From Geopsychrobacteraceae bacterium (GTDB lineage Bacteria; Desulfobacterota; Desulfuromonadia; Desulfuromonadales; Geopsychrobacteraceae): 64,000 nt of DNA. Where the stretch lies: assembly GCA_963676795.2 (NCBI GenBank), contig CAXXTB010000002.1:2208001-2272000 (forward strand), in the 5' to 3' direction. Positions 27,513 to 40,113 of the stretch are shown one piece after another; positions within the stretch are counted from its first letter, which is position 1, and every line of letters begins with the position of its first letter. The notes under the pieces are model-generated. The model saw only the letters and a list, made by a program, of their open reading frames with translations. It did not search any database and had not been told where the DNA came from. Both the position numbers and the translations under genes were made by a program.

Positions 27513-28454
27513 TCAATTTTTTGTCCGGGGGCGACGAAAATCGACCCAGAGGTCAAAAACTCCGACACCGGTAATCAGTATTTGTAACGGATTGAGTATC
27601 AGCAACAGCGCAATAACCAATCCCTTGATGGCTGCGGGGTATTTTTTCCGCCGCATGAAATTTATCACAACAGCCAGGCCCTGCAAAAAATACAGAGGCA
27701 GCACAACCACCAACAGGTTTTTCCCGAGAGCTTCAAGCGCCCCAACCTTCATGACGTATGTCGAATAGGTTGCAAATCCGGCGAAGATCAGAACCCAGAT
27801 CATCCAGACCGGCAGTTTCCAAAGCGAAAACGGAGTTCCGAAAATCTGGTAATCCCGCCGTTTGATCAAGTGCAGCAGCCAGAGACAGAAAAACTGAAGC
27901 CCCATGACTGCCCCGATGTAAAGCCCGAAAAAATACTGCTTTACAAAGTCGGCCATCGTAGCGACGACCTGTTGCATCTGCTGCAGCTGTTCACCTTCGA
28001 GTCCAGCTACGGTATAAACCTGCATCGCCTGATCAACTTCATTCTGGACAATCGTATCGATGACCTCCAGCGGAGCCTGATGTCTGACAACGAGAACCGT
28101 CGCAATCATCAGCAGCGTAAGTGCCAGAGAGCCGAGCGTGGTGTAAAACACCGAACGATCCCAAAACAGCGGACGTCTCAGCAGGTAGGGCATCAGCAAT
28201 GAGCCGAGACCAAACATGCCGAGATACGCCATCAGGCTGTAAAGCGTTGCCAACTTGATCAGCAACAGTGCGGTCACCACAACAACGACAATACTGCTAC
28301 GGAGACCAAAACGCATCCCTATATAAGCTGCGGGGAACGGAGTCAGCAGGTTCAGAAAGGTTCCTGCCGGCCCCAGAAAGCTTGTCCCCAACAGACAGAT
28401 CAGGGTGGCGCCAATTGCGAGCAGAGTAAATAATGCGGCCTGCCCTTTTATCAT
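27513..28454 (-). CDS. DUF2232/YybS-family membrane protein
   Basis: Multi-TM protein with YFLQGLAV and GVFDLWVDFRR; typical position between rpsR and rplI. Confidence 0.85.
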   Translation of the reverse strand: MIKGQAALFTLLAIGATLICLLGTSFLGPAGTFLNLLTPFPAAYIGMRFGLRSSIVVVVVTALLLIKLATLYSLMAYLGMFGLGSLLMPYLLRRPLFWDRSVFYTTLGSLALTLLMIATVLVVRHQAPLEVIDTIVQNEVDQAMQVYTVAGLEGEQLQQMQQVVATMADFVKQYFFGLYIGAVMGLQFFCLWLLHLIKRRDYQIFGTPFSLWKLPVWMIWVLIFAGFATYSTYVMKVGALEALGKNLLVVVLPLYFLQGLAVVINFMRRKKYPAAIKGLVIALLLILNPLQILITGVGVFDLWVDFRRPRTKN

Positions 28455-28483
28455 CTTTCTTAACGCGATCCGTCTCTGCTCTC

Positions 28484-28750
28484 TTAGAGAGAGTGAGACG
28501 CGGTGTAAGGAAGCAGAGCAATCTGACGTGCGTTTTTGATTGCTTCGGCAATCTGACGCTGATGTGTCGCACAGGTACCGGAGATACGCCGTGGAACGAT
28601 CTTGCCACGCTCGGTCAGGTAGTAGCGCAGGCTGTCGATGTCTTTGTAGTCGATACGAGCGTTTTTGTCAGCGCAGTAACGACAGATTTTACGACGTCCG
28701 AAACGACGACGTGGTGCGGATGAACCAGAATTTCCACCTTCAAAAGCCAT
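28484..28750 (-). CDS. rpsR: 30S ribosomal protein S18 (Zn-binding form)
   Basis: [32 protein letters not shown] and ALLPY motifs. Confidence 0.97.
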   Translation of the reverse strand: MAFEGGNSGSSAPRRRFGRRKICRYCADKNARIDYKDIDSLRYYLTERGKIVPRRISGTCATHQRQIAEAIKNARQIALLPYTASHSL

Positions 28751-28777
28751 ATATCAATCTCCTCTATATCGTTTTAA

Positions 28778-29146
28778 TTATTCTTCTTCGTCGTCCAGAT
28801 CGTCATCATCGCCGTCGCTTACCGCTGCAGTCGATTTTTCTGGTGCCTCGGCAGGGAAATCTCCCTCGATTTTGACGGTCAAAAAGCGCAGAATGTTTTC
28901 GTCGATACGCAGACGACGCTCGAACTCGGCGATAACTTCTGGCCCAGCGGTGAACAGAGTCTGAATGTAGCTGCCACGGCCAACCTTGTTGATTGGGTAG
29001 GCAAGCTTACGCACGCCCCAGTTATCCAGCTTGTGAATCTCTGCACCCTGCTCGGTGAGGATTCCCTGGAACTTTTCAACCAGAGCGTTGAGCTCGTCGC
29101 CAACCACCTCAGGTTGAATGATGTAGAGTGATTCATAATTTCTCAT
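28778..29146 (-). CDS. rpsF: 30S ribosomal protein S6
   Basis: MRNYESLYII, WGVRKLAYPI, acidic tail. AAGGAG RBS. Confidence 0.97.
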   Translation of the reverse strand: MRNYESLYIIQPEVVGDELNALVEKFQGILTEQGAEIHKLDNWGVRKLAYPINKVGRGSYIQTLFTAGPEVIAEFERRLRIDENILRFLTVKIEGDFPAEAPEKSTAAVSDGDDDDLDDEEE

Positions 29147-29149
29147 CAA

Positions 29150-29235
29150 TAAATCTCCTTATGGATTAATCAGCCCCGGGACCATCCCGGAACAAGGACC
29201 GTCTTGCCCCAAAAGGCAAAGAACGGAAGCGCGTT
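29150..29235 (-). promoter_or_regulatory. Putative rpsF leader (S6:S18 autoregulatory RNA)
   Basis: Leader UCCUUG can pair with the SD-containing UAAGGA, enclosing a CCGGGA-UGG-UCCCGG hairpin. Upstream UUGCC..GGCAA hairpin. Confidence 0.5.
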
Positions 29236-29303
29236 TCTAGCATAATCACCAGTTTTTTACAACGATTTTATCGAGCTTGCTGATTAAATCCCGGTCTAGG
29301 GGC

Positions 29304-30137
29304 CTAGGGGATATCAAGATATCCGGTGCTGAGCAGAATGACCTCTATTTCTTCGACTATTTCTTCCTGGCGTAACAGCCTGAAACGCCGCATTAATGCT
29401 TCAAGTTCATCATCCAGATATTTGACGGCGGCTTCAAGATGGCTCATCCGCTGATAATTCTCAGCCATGAGCGCCATAAAAAGCACTTCAGACAGAGCAC
29501 TAAACAGATATTCCTGAGAAAGTGCGAGAAAAAAATCTTCGGGGGAAAGGTATAGCCGTGGCGCACAGCGGTTATCCGCCGAACTGCGTTGCAGAGTTGA
29601 AAAGGGGGGCAATATTTTCCGGGTCAAAATCCCCTCTCGGCCGTGATGATAGATCGCGTAGAGATTGAAGGTGGGAAAACGCCGATACAGCGAAGCGAGG
29701 GAGGCTACGATCTCGCTAAGGACAGTGTTGACCTCCTCAACAACACTGGCACCTGTAATCCAGGTCGCGGAGCGTCCGGCTGCTTCAAGCAGCTGCCGGA
29801 GTTTTTGTCCGACTGCCAGCAGACTTGCCGCCGCGAAAGTTCCGTTCATTTCCAGCTGCTTCACCAGTTGCTGATTGAGTCCGCCGCAAAAGCCCCGTTC
29901 GCTGCCGACCAGCAGATAAACGTCATGGCTGAGCGTACCGGGCTCCAGGCTCAGGGGGAAAAAATTGAAAAAATCAGCAGCGACAGCTTCAAGGCTCTCG
30001 CGCATGGCGTGCTGAACCCCGACAACTCCGCTCAGTTTTTTCATTTCCAGATAGGCCAGGCTCTTCATGGAATTCATGATCTCGCGCACTTCCTGCATAC
30101 TGCGCCGCTCGCGTTCCAGCTCCTCATGTTTGCTCAT
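29304..30137 (-). CDS. atpG: N-type F1Fo ATPase gamma subunit
   Basis: [27 protein letters not shown] and [11 protein letters not shown] motifs. Confidence 0.9.
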   Translation of the reverse strand: MSKHEELERERRSMQEVREIMNSMKSLAYLEMKKLSGVVGVQHAMRESLEAVAADFFNFFPLSLEPGTLSHDVYLLVGSERGFCGGLNQQLVKQLEMNGTFAAASLLAVGQKLRQLLEAAGRSATWITGASVVEEVNTVLSEIVASLASLYRRFPTFNLYAIYHHGREGILTRKILPPFSTLQRSSADNRCAPRLYLSPEDFFLALSQEYLFSALSEVLFMALMAENYQRMSHLEAAVKYLDDELEALMRRFRLLRQEEIVEEIEVILLSTGYLDIP

Positions 30138-31626
30138 CGCTCACCCGTTCTGTCTCAATCTGCAACCAGGTCCTGACAGCCTCATTCCAGTCTGCCCGCG
30201 GGCTATCCAGTGTCAGTTCGGTCGTCGCAGCATTTTCCTGCAATTGCACCAGTGACAATCTGATACGCTGCGGATCCTCCTCATTCAACAGGCCATCGTT
30301 GAAGGCAACCAGCCAGGCCAGCTGGAACCGTTCAGGAAGAGGCATCAGCCGATCCTGCTTCAACACTTCGCGCAGGATCCGCCCACGCCGTATCGCCTGC
30401 TCCATGGTGGCCTCCAGCCTGGCTCCGAAACTGGCAAATATCTCAAGTTCGAGAAACTGCAGGAAATCGAGTTTCATCCGGCCGGCCTCTTCCTTGATCC
30501 GCGGATGCTGGGCCTTGCCACCGATCCGCGAGACCGAAAGAGCGATATCGATCGCCGGCCTGAAGCCGGAGTTAAACAGTTCCCTATCGAAATAAATCTG
30601 TCCGTCAGTGATGGAAATGAGATTGGTCGGGATATATGAGGAAATTTCTCCCTGCTGCGTCTCGATAATCGGCAGAGCGGTCATACTCCCCCCACCATGA
30701 GCTGAACTCAGGCAGGTCGCGCGTTCCAGCAGGCGGGCATGAATGGAAAAGATATCTCCTGGATAGGCCTCCCGGCCGGGAGGCCTGCGCAGCAGAAGCG
30801 ACAGTTCACGATAATTTCTGGCATGTGTCGTCAGATCGTCGTAAACGACAAGGGTGTCATGCCCCTGCTCCATCCAGTACTCCGCGACGGCACAGCCGGC
30901 AAAAGGAGCCAGATGCAGTAAGCCAGGCAGACTGCTCGATTCGGCAACAACGATCGTCGTATAATCGAGAGCCTGATATTCTTTTAAAAGTGCCAGGGTA
31001 CTGACAACAGAAGAGCGTTTCTGGCCGATCAGGACATAGATACAGAACACATCACGACCACGCTGATTGATAATCGTATCGATGGCAAGCGAACTGCGTC
31101 CCAGCCCATCATCCCCGACCAGCAACTGGCGCTGCCCCTTGCCGATCGGGATAAGGGTGTCGACAATTTTGATCCCAGAGTAGAGCGGATCATGGACAAA
31201 ATCACGCATGGCGATCGGCGGTGAATTTTGTTCCAACGAATGCCAGGTATGCAGCTTCAGAGGTTCTCCGCCATCAAGAGCTTCACCAAGCGGTGAGACA
31301 ACCCGGCCAAGCAGCTCATCGCCGACAGGAATCCCCAGTCGCAGCCCGGCAAGACGGGCGGCAATCCCGGCCGTCAGTTCTGGCATTTCCTTGAGCAGAA
31401 TCGCCCCGATCCGATCCTTCGCCAGATCGAAAACCAGTGCCCGGCTGCCATCTTCGAAATCAATGATATCGTCCATAGCCGCCGATGGCAGGCCGGAGAT
31501 CCAGACAATCCCGTCACCGACCGACAGCAGCCGCCCTCTTTCCGCAATCCGCACTTTGGGCTGATAACTTTCCAGCCAGACTGCGAGGTCCGCAAGCGGT
31601 TCGCGGTCACTGCTAAGATCGATCAT
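30124..31626 (-). CDS. atpA: N-type F1Fo ATPase alpha subunit
   Basis: [32 protein letters not shown] and [14 protein letters not shown] motifs. Start taken at ATG 31626. Confidence 0.93.
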   Translation of the reverse strand: MIDLSSDREPLADLAVWLESYQPKVRIAERGRLLSVGDGIVWISGLPSAAMDDIIDFEDGSRALVFDLAKDRIGAILLKEMPELTAGIAARLAGLRLGIPVGDELLGRVVSPLGEALDGGEPLKLHTWHSLEQNSPPIAMRDFVHDPLYSGIKIVDTLIPIGKGQRQLLVGDDGLGRSSLAIDTIINQRGRDVFCIYVLIGQKRSSVVSTLALLKEYQALDYTTIVVAESSSLPGLLHLAPFAGCAVAEYWMEQGHDTLVVYDDLTTHARNYRELSLLLRRPPGREAYPGDIFSIHARLLERATCLSSAHGGGSMTALPIIETQQGEISSYIPTNLISITDGQIYFDRELFNSGFRPAIDIALSVSRIGGKAQHPRIKEEAGRMKLDFLQFLELEIFASFGARLEATMEQAIRRGRILREVLKQDRLMPLPERFQLAWLVAFNDGLLNEEDPQRIRLSLVQLQENAATTELTLDSPRADWNEAVRTWLQIETERVSDEQT

Positions 31627-32362
31627 GGGCAAGCTCCGCAAACAGTGACAGTTCTTCGGCGACATTGGCCTGCAGTACCAGGGATCCGCAGGCAATCCTG
31701 GCCCCGGCTATGAGCGCAGCATCCTGCGCGTAGTCAAATGTCAGCTCCTGAGCAGCCCGTTCGTTGAACAGCTGTTCAAGCCTGCGCTTTTGCTCGTCTG
31801 ACAGCGGATAGGCGGAAATCACTTCAACGGGCCCGGAAATGGCTCCCCATTGAGTTTTTAACTGCTCGATTTCTTCGCCGGACATTGCCCGGACCTCCTC
31901 CACCAGCATATCAATCAGGCGTTCTTCCACTTCAGGGCCGGCAACCGCGGCCAGCAACCTGGCGGTAAAACAGGCGGCATTTTTCAGGGCCAGGGATTCG
32001 GCTTCTCGTGCAGCCCTGCTGGCCTGCCTGGCCATGGCCGCGCGTTGCCGTTCCTGTTCGTCACTGACCGCGCTGCGGATCGCTTCAAGCGCCCTGGTAC
32101 GTTCCTGCAACAGCTCCTGAGCAAGATCGGCCCTGGCCTGCGCCTGCTCCTGTCGCCAGTCACTCTGCCTGCTTTCATATTCCTTGCGCAAAACATCGGC
32201 GGCTTCACGTTGCTGCGAGGCATCAGCTATCTCCGCCTCTATTTCATCGCGCCGCCGGGCAATAACCGCCTGGACCGGCCTGAACAAAAAGCGTTTCAGA
32301 ATCCAGACCAGGACCAGGAAATTGACGATTTCAAGCAAAAATGTCGACCAGTTCAGTTCCAT
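31613..32362 (-). CDS. atpF: N-type ATPase b subunit (long b with delta-like C-terminus)
   Basis: [30 protein letters not shown], coiled coil, VISAYPL...LIAGARI. Confidence 0.88.
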   Translation of the reverse strand: MELNWSTFLLEIVNFLVLVWILKRFLFRPVQAVIARRRDEIEAEIADASQQREAADVLRKEYESRQSDWRQEQAQARADLAQELLQERTRALEAIRSAVSDEQERQRAAMARQASRAAREAESLALKNAACFTARLLAAVAGPEVEERLIDMLVEEVRAMSGEEIEQLKTQWGAISGPVEVISAYPLSDEQKRRLEQLFNERAAQELTFDYAQDAALIAGARIACGSLVLQANVAEELSLFAELAHDRS

Positions 32363-32408
32363 GCCTGTCGTTCCCCGTTTCAGTGATGTCCGTCATTTTC
32401 AGCACTGA

Positions 32409-32675
32409 TCATTTCAGCAGATACTCAAGAAGCGGGTTTCTGAACAGTACGATCAGCACGATAACGAGAACATAGATCGCCAGCGATTCAATCATGGCCA
32501 GACCGATAAACAGGGTTCTCATAATGGGATGTTCGGCTTCCGGCTGGCGAGCCAGAGAGTCCAGAGCACGGCTTATTGCCCAGCCCATTGCAAAGGCCGG
32601 TGCCAGAGCGCCAATCGCTGTTCCAAAAATTGCAGCCACGGTTGAGGCCAGGACAATATCCGCTAATTCAGTCAT
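32409..32675 (-). CDS. atpE: N-type ATPase c subunit
   Basis: Two TMs, ARQPE loop, GLAMIESLAIY. GGAGG RBS before ATG 32675. Confidence 0.92.
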   Translation of the reverse strand: MTELADIVLASTVAAIFGTAIGALAPAFAMGWAISRALDSLARQPEAEHPIMRTLFIGLAMIESLAIYVLVIVLIVLFRNPLLEYLLK

Positions 32676-33354
32676 GACATCCTCCTCGAGATTCTGTTTT
32701 TTGCTGCTGGGCCTGCATCCCTCCGGCAACATAGATCAGTGCAAGCATGCCGAAGATATAGGCCTGCACCAGTGCTTCAACGATATGCAGCATAAGGATC
32801 GGGACCGGAGCCAGGAATCCGGCAACGAGCAGAATCAGCATCGCCGCCAACTCAAGGCTCATCATGTTTCCGAACAGACGGACTGCCAGCGCAACCGTCC
32901 GGGTAATTTCACTGATCAGATGAAAGGGAAGCAGAATAGGACTTGGCACCAGATAGTGATGGAGGTAATTCTTGACCCCCGAGACACGGATTCCATACCA
33001 GAGAGTCGCGGCAAAAACCAACACAGCCAGCGCTGCCGTCGCCGACAGGTCCCGGGTCGGCGAATGAACGCCCGGAATCAACCCTGCCAGGTTGGCCAGG
33101 ATCAGAAAAACCCAGAGACTGCCGATAAAGGGCATGATGACTGCACCGAATTGCGGCGTAACTCCGCTGACCGCATTCTCTATCGCCTGAACACCCCCCT
33201 CGACAATCGTCTGTATACGGCCAGGGGTGACCTGCAGACGGCGAGAAATGATAAAAACCACCAGCCAGATGACCAGGATGATGCACCAACTGGTCAGCAC
33301 GGTCGTCCCTATTTCAAGCGGCCCGATCCGGTAAAAGAGTCCTTCATCGAACAT
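32668..33354 (-). CDS. atpB: N-type ATPase a subunit
   Basis: PTRDLSAT, SEITRTVALAVRLFGNM (conserved Arg), VQAYIFGML. Confidence 0.93.
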   Translation of the reverse strand: MFDEGLFYRIGPLEIGTTVLTSWCIILVIWLVVFIISRRLQVTPGRIQTIVEGGVQAIENAVSGVTPQFGAVIMPFIGSLWVFLILANLAGLIPGVHSPTRDLSATAALAVLVFAATLWYGIRVSGVKNYLHHYLVPSPILLPFHLISEITRTVALAVRLFGNMMSLELAAMLILLVAGFLAPVPILMLHIVEALVQAYIFGMLALIYVAGGMQAQQQKTESRGGCHD

Positions 33355-33371
33355 AACAAGCTCCTTTAGAG

Positions 33372-33677
33372 CTATTCACGGATAAACAGATAAACATTGA
33401 TCATCCCGCAAACCACACCGATGAGAATAAAGCTGATCGTCCAGCGAATCGAATAGCCGCTACAAAGATCATCGAGCCAGCGTCCCAGGTACGCACCGGC
33501 AACCGGCGGAAGAACAAACAACAAGCCCAGGGTACCGATCGATACGGCCTGGCTCAAAAAGCTCTGGCGCCTTTTCTCGGCGGCCTCCATCCGCCGTATT
33601 TTCTTCTCAAGTTCGTCCTTCAGCCGTTGCTGACTGGCCTCAGATATCAGTTTCTGTTTTTTGTCCCGCTCTTCCAT
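33372..33677 (-). CDS. atpQ: N-ATPase AtpQ (AtpZ/AtpI-like) membrane protein
   Basis: IGTLGLLFVLPPVAGAYLGRWLD motif; position between atpC and atpB. Confidence 0.85.
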   Translation of the reverse strand: MEERDKKQKLISEASQQRLKDELEKKIRRMEAAEKRRQSFLSQAVSIGTLGLLFVLPPVAGAYLGRWLDDLCSGYSIRWTISFILIGVVCGMINVYLFIRE

Positions 33678-34051
33678 AGTGACCTGAATAGTTCCTCCTC
33701 CATATGCCGGAGTGACAACTTGATCTCCTCGACCTTATCTCTTTCCTGCCCCAGGGTTAGCTGGAGCTGTTCACTCAAGCGACGATAATCATCCCCGCGC
33801 AGATAAAACCTGGTACAGAGCAACAGCAGGTTCTCGCAAAAATAGAGAATAGCACCGGGAATCGCCAGATAGCCGGTACTGCCGTCAAGCGATGTGAATC
33901 TGATCAGGCCAACGGACAGGGCTGTCATCAAGCGCTCATGTCCGGCCTGAATTCCGAACTGGCCAGACGCATCTTCGGCGACACAGGAGACGACATCGGC
34001 AACCTCCTCAATCTGTACCGCGTCTATCAGTTTCAAGACGAAGGTTCGCAT
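33647..34051 (-). CDS. atpC: N-type ATPase epsilon subunit
   Basis: AEDASGQFGIQAGH; position after atpD. Confidence 0.85.
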   Translation of the reverse strand: MRTFVLKLIDAVQIEEVADVVSCVAEDASGQFGIQAGHERLMTALSVGLIRFTSLDGSTGYLAIPGAILYFCENLLLLCTRFYLRGDDYRRLSEQLQLTLGQERDKVEEIKLSLRHMEEELFRSLWKSGTKNRN

Positions 34052-34054
34052 AAG

Positions 34055-35452
<1,398 letters not shown>

Positions 35453-35581
35453 TCAAAGTATAGCGCAAAATCAGACAATCCTCGGCAGGCAGAGACTCAG
35501 CACAGAATAAGCGGATCTCGGAAAACAGAAGGAATACGCGGGGAATGACCTAAATTGGTTTATTTTCGAAGGACAGAAAAA

Positions 35582-35638
35582 GGAAAACAAAGAAGTGATT
35601 CTGCGCGAGCAGACCCGAAGAGCTCTACTCGCGCAGAA
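35582..35638 (-). terminator. Terminator after ychF
   Basis: Long stem TTCTGCGCGAG..TTCG..CTCGCGCAGAA followed by a U-rich tail on the minus strand. Confidence 0.65.
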
Positions 35639-35650
35639 AAATCCCGGGTC

Positions 35651-36745
35651 TTAAACGTTGAAGCGGAAGTGCATGACATCGCCGTCGATAACGCGGTACT
35701 CCTTCCCTTCGAGCCGCAGCAGCCCTTTTTCCTTGGCACCCGACTCGCCACCGGCTGCGATGTAATCTTCAAAAGCGGTGACTTCAGCGCGGATAAAGCC
35801 TTTTTCAAAGTCGGTGTGAATAACACCGGCCGCCTGCGGAGCCAGAGCGCCGTCCGGAACGGTCCAGGCGCGGACCTCCTTGACCCCGGCAGTGAAGTAG
35901 GTGATCAGACCCAGCAGCTTGTAGCCGGCTCGGATCATCCGGTCAAGGCCTGACTCCTCGAGGCCGAGATCATTCAAGAATTCCGCTTTTTCATCGGCAT
36001 CAAGCTCGGAGATCTCCGCTTCGATCTTGCCGCAGATGGTGACGATCTCTGCCCCTTCGGAAGCCGCATGCTCTTTAACCATGGCAACGAAAGGGTGCGC
36101 ACCCTCCAGATCATCTTCTGCTACATTGGCAACATAGAGGACCGGTTTGATGGTGATCAGGTGCAGGTCAGCAACCAGCTTGCGCTCTTCAGCATCAAGC
36201 GCGACGGAACGAGCAGGCTTGCCTTCATTCAATGCCTTTTCGATTTTTTCCAGAACCTCGATCTCAGCCTGCAGTTTCTTGTCACCGCTTTTTGCCTGTT
36301 TTCTGCTACGGGTGATCCGCTTGTCGATACTATCCATGTCAGCCAGATTAAGTTCCGTCTGAATGACCTCAATATCCCGCAAAGGATCGACGCCGCCGTC
36401 AACGTGAACGACATTATCATCCTCAAAACAACGAACAATATGGGCAATCGCATCGACCTGACGGATGTGACCGAGGAACTGGTTCCCCAACCCCTCCCCC
36501 TTACTCGCACCACGCACCAGGCCAGCTATGTCGACAAACTCCATAGTGGTCGGCAGGATGGCCTGAGGCTTGACGATTTCCGCAAGCTGATTCATGCGGG
36601 AGTCCGGCACGGAAACGACACCGATGTTCGGTTCGATGGTACAGAACGGATAATTGGCAGACTCAGCGCCTGCCGAGGTGAGTGCGTTGAAAATGGTCGA
36701 CTTACCAACATTCGGCAGACCGACGATGCCACACTTGAAACCCAT
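35651..36745 (-). CDS. ychF: Redox-regulated ATPase YchF
   Basis: [28 protein letters not shown] and [11 protein letters not shown] motifs. Confidence 0.97.
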   Translation of the reverse strand: MGFKCGIVGLPNVGKSTIFNALTSAGAESANYPFCTIEPNIGVVSVPDSRMNQLAEIVKPQAILPTTMEFVDIAGLVRGASKGEGLGNQFLGHIRQVDAIAHIVRCFEDDNVVHVDGGVDPLRDIEVIQTELNLADMDSIDKRITRSRKQAKSGDKKLQAEIEVLEKIEKALNEGKPARSVALDAEERKLVADLHLITIKPVLYVANVAEDDLEGAHPFVAMVKEHAASEGAEIVTICGKIEAEISELDADEKAEFLNDLGLEESGLDRMIRAGYKLLGLITYFTAGVKEVRAWTVPDGALAPQAAGVIHTDFEKGFIRAEVTAFEDYIAAGGESGAKEKGLLRLEGKEYRVIDGDVMHFRFNV

Positions 36746-36759
36746 AACTTATTCCTCTG

Positions 36760-36796
36760 AAAAACTGATAGCCGAAGCAAAAGCTCCGGCTATCAG
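36760..36796 (-). terminator. Terminator-like hairpin after hppA
   Basis: CTGATAGCCGGAGC-TTTT-GCTTCGGCTATCAG followed by TTTTT on the minus strand. Confidence 0.65.
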
Positions 36797-36823
36797 AAGT
36801 TGATCTATATGCGCTTTGGCTGA

Positions 36824-38839
36824 TTAGGCAATCAGCGGAGCGATGACAAGAGAAACAACACTCATCAGCTTGATCAGGATATTCATGGCAGGGCCGGAAG
36901 TATCCTTGAAGGGGTCACCGACGGTATCGCCGATAACCGCAGCAGCATGAGCTTCGCCGCCCTTTCCTTCACCCTCAAGACGACCACCTTCGATAAACTT
37001 CTTGGCGTTGTCCCAGGCACCGCCACCATTGGACATCATCAGGGCGAGCAGAACCCCGGCCAGAGTTGCACCGGCGAGCATACCGCCAAGAGCTTCCTTA
37101 CCGAGAATGAAGCCGACCAGAACCGGAGCAATAACGGCAACAACACCCGGCAGGATCATCTCTTTCAGAGCGGCACGGGCAGAGATGTCAACACACTTCT
37201 GGGAGTCCGGCTTGACGCCTTCCTTGCCTTCGAGCAGGCCCGGAGTCTCACGGAACTGACGACGGATCTCGTCAACCATGGCACCAGCAGCACGACCGAC
37301 GCTGGTCATGGTCAAAGCGCCGATGAAGAATGGCAGCGCACCACCGATCAACAGACCGATAACAACCATCGGATTGATCAGGTTGATGTTGTTAAGACCA
37401 ACGGTTGTCGCATAGGCGGAGAACAGCGCAAGAGCGGTCAGAGCCGCGGAACCGATAGCAAAACCCTTGCCGATTGCGGCAGTGGTGTTACCGATAGCGT
37501 CAAGACCGTCGGTGATCTTACGGACATCAGGACCAAGACCGGCCATCTCGGAGATACCACCAGCGTTGTCGGCGATCGGACCGTAAGCGTCAACAGTCAT
37601 GGTGACACCCACGGTTGCCAGCATACCGACAGCAGCAATACCGATGCCATACAAGCCAGCACAGGCGTTGGCAACGAAAATACCGACACAGATAATGATG
37701 ATCGGCAGGGCTGTAGACTCAAGTCCGACGGCCAGACCAGCGATGATGTTGGTGGCAGGACCGGTCTTACTTGCTTCGGCAATACGCATAACCGGACCGT
37801 GAGCAGTGTAGTACTCGGTGATCTGACCGATCAGAACACCAGCGACAGTACCGGCCAGGATCGCCCAGAAGATACCGTTGTTGAGGTGATTGAAACGGAT
37901 ATAGATGAAAGCTACGATCAAAAAGCCGATTGCGGCAACGAAAGTTGTATAATGCAGGGCCTTGGCAGGATCAATTCCTTTAAGAACCTTCATCGATGCG
38001 ATACCGATGATGGAGAAGACCAAACCGATCATGGCCAGAGCCAGAGGCAGAATCATCGCACCGGACTGAGTAGCTTCACCGGTACCGAGCTTGGCCAGCA
38101 GTTCTGGGCCAGCAGCGGCAGCAATAGCGACAGTCGCAATGATCGAACCGACATATGATTCGAAGATGTCGGCGCCCATACCTGCGGTATCGCCAACACA
38201 GTCACCGACGTTGTCAGCAATTACACCAGGGTTACGTGGATCATCCTCAGGAATACCGGCCTCGACCTTACCGACCAGGTCAGCACCGACGTCTGCGGCC
38301 TTGGTGTAGATACCACCACCAACACGAGCGAACAGAGCTATTGAGGAAGCACCCATGGCGAAGCCGTTGATGTACTTTGCAGTTTCTGGCTCACCACCGA
38401 AGAAAATGTAAGCAACACCAACACCGACCAGGCCAAGGGAAGCAACAGCGAGACCCATAACAGCGCCACCGTTGAAGGAGACTTCAAGGGCGCGAGCCTG
38501 ACCGTGAGCGCGGGCAGCTTCAGAGGTTCTGACGTTTGCACGGGTTGCAGCCTTCATCCCAATAAAACCACAGATCATGGAACAGACAGAACCACCGAGA
38601 TAGGCGAGTGCAGTCTGAAAGCCCATGGCAACAAGAACCAGGATGAAAACGATAACGATGAAGATAGCAAGAACGCGATATTCGCGGCCAAGGAAAGCCA
38701 TTGCTCCCTTGTGAATGTCTTCGGAAATCTCACGCATGGTGTCATTTCCGACCGGTTGCGCCTTAACCACATTGTAAAGGATAAGCGCGATAACAAATCC
38801 GACTACCCCGAAAATCGGAGCCCACATTTGCAATTGCAT
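36824..38839 (-). CDS. hppA: Membrane-bound K+-dependent (probably Na+-translocating) pyrophosphatase
   Basis: [34 protein letters not shown] (Ala marks K+-dependence), [20 protein letters not shown]. Confidence 0.95.
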   Translation of the reverse strand: MQLQMWAPIFGVVGFVIALILYNVVKAQPVGNDTMREISEDIHKGAMAFLGREYRVLAIFIVIVFILVLVAMGFQTALAYLGGSVCSMICGFIGMKAATRANVRTSEAARAHGQARALEVSFNGGAVMGLAVASLGLVGVGVAYIFFGGEPETAKYINGFAMGASSIALFARVGGGIYTKAADVGADLVGKVEAGIPEDDPRNPGVIADNVGDCVGDTAGMGADIFESYVGSIIATVAIAAAAGPELLAKLGTGEATQSGAMILPLALAMIGLVFSIIGIASMKVLKGIDPAKALHYTTFVAAIGFLIVAFIYIRFNHLNNGIFWAILAGTVAGVLIGQITEYYTAHGPVMRIAEASKTGPATNIIAGLAVGLESTALPIIIICVGIFVANACAGLYGIGIAAVGMLATVGVTMTVDAYGPIADNAGGISEMAGLGPDVRKITDGLDAIGNTTAAIGKGFAIGSAALTALALFSAYATTVGLNNINLINPMVVIGLLIGGALPFFIGALTMTSVGRAAGAMVDEIRRQFRETPGLLEGKEGVKPDSQKCVDISARAALKEMILPGVVAVIAPVLVGFILGKEALGGMLAGATLAGVLLALMMSNGGGAWDNAKKFIEGGRLEGEGKGGEAHAAAVIGDTVGDPFKDTSGPAMNILIKLMSVVSLVIAPLIA

Positions 38840-38875
38840 CTGTTTTCTGCCTCTCTGTTCTTTTTGAGTTAAAGG

Positions 38876-39448
38876 TTAAATGTCCAGACTAAAATTATTG
38901 TATGTGTTCATCGCAGCAAGCGCCCCTTGAGACAGGACCGCGGAGACTGCATCACAAACCGCATCAAGAACATCCGGAAGACGTTTCTGCTCTTCCGAAG
39001 AAAAGCGACCAAGAACATGGTTAGTTACATCTCCATGCTCCGGACGCCCGATTCCAACACGTACACGAACAAAGTTACGGTAGCCGAGAACACCGATGAT
39101 GTCGCGCATACCGTTATGACCGCCATGACCGCCATCGATCTTGATGCGCATTCGCCCAAAGGGCAAATCAAGATCATCGAAGATGACAATCAGGTTATCG
39201 GCTGTCACCGAGTGAGAACTGACCGCAGCATTGACACTCGAACCACTGCAGTTCATAAAGGTCTGCGGTTGCAGTATCAATGTTTCCTGAGCGGCAACGC
39301 GACCAACCCCATAGATAGCCTGAAAACCTTTTTTTTTCAGACCGATATGGTTCAGTTCCGCAAGCCGTTCTGCGGCCATAAAGCCGATATTATGACGGGT
39401 CCCGGCGTATTTGACACCGGGATTCCCGAGACCAACAACAAGCTTCAC
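38876..39448 (-). CDS. pth: Peptidyl-tRNA hydrolase
   Basis: VGLGNPG, TRHNIGF, PQTFMN, GGHNG and RVGIGRP motifs. GTG start. Confidence 0.96.
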   Translation of the reverse strand: MKLVVGLGNPGVKYAGTRHNIGFMAAERLAELNHIGLKKKGFQAIYGVGRVAAQETLILQPQTFMNCSGSSVNAAVSSHSVTADNLIVIFDDLDLPFGRMRIKIDGGHGGHNGMRDIIGVLGYRNFVRVRVGIGRPEHGDVTNHVLGRFSSEEQKRLPDVLDAVCDAVSAVLSQGALAAMNTYNNFSLDI

Positions 39449-39463
39449 GAAAAAACGAGGCTC

Positions 39464-40060
39464 TTACTCTTCAGTAGCTTCAGGCTCATCACCCTCAGGC
39501 ACTTCAGCTTTGTGCCCGATAACGGTGATAACGGTGAAGTTGACATCAAAAACAAGGTCAGCACCTGCTGGAGCTTTAACATCTTCGATGTGCAGGGTGT
39601 CGCCGATTTCCAGTGCGGTAACATCGATATCGATGCTGTGCGGAACTTCAGTAGGCAGACACATGACTTCCAGCTCATGACGGATCAGTTGCAGAGAGCC
39701 GCCCATCTTCTCACCAGCAGAGGTACCGACAGTGTGGACCGGGACCATGAAAGAAGATTTTTCTGTCAGGCTGACGGTATGAAAGTCAACACAAACCATG
39801 TCACGTTTGATCGGGTGATAATCGACCTCTTTCAATACAACAACTTTGCCATCCAGGGCCGGAACCCCTTTCAGGGACAACAGGGTGTTGATATCACCTT
39901 CAACAGCCTTTTCCAGTGCTTTAGGATCGACAGTGATTGTTTGCGGCTCGATATCCTTACCATAAACGACGGCCGGAACCTTACCAACTGCTCTCAGTTT
40001 ACGGGCGACACCTTTACCGGCTTTTTCTCTGACTTCAACGTTCAATTCTGCTTGGACCAT
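39464..40060 (-). CDS. rplY: 50S ribosomal protein L25/CTC
   Basis: GKGVARKLR..GKVPAVVYG; C-terminal CTC domain (IDVTALEIGDTLHI). Confidence 0.95.
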   Translation of the reverse strand: MVQAELNVEVREKAGKGVARKLRAVGKVPAVVYGKDIEPQTITVDPKALEKAVEGDINTLLSLKGVPALDGKVVVLKEVDYHPIKRDMVCVDFHTVSLTEKSSFMVPVHTVGTSAGEKMGGSLQLIRHELEVMCLPTEVPHSIDIDVTALEIGDTLHIEDVKAPAGADLVFDVNFTVITVIGHKAEVPEGDEPEATEE

Positions 40061-40113
40061 TTATTTATCCTCCATCTTTGAGTAATCGTTAGATCCTGTA
40101 AATCTTTAAACCT

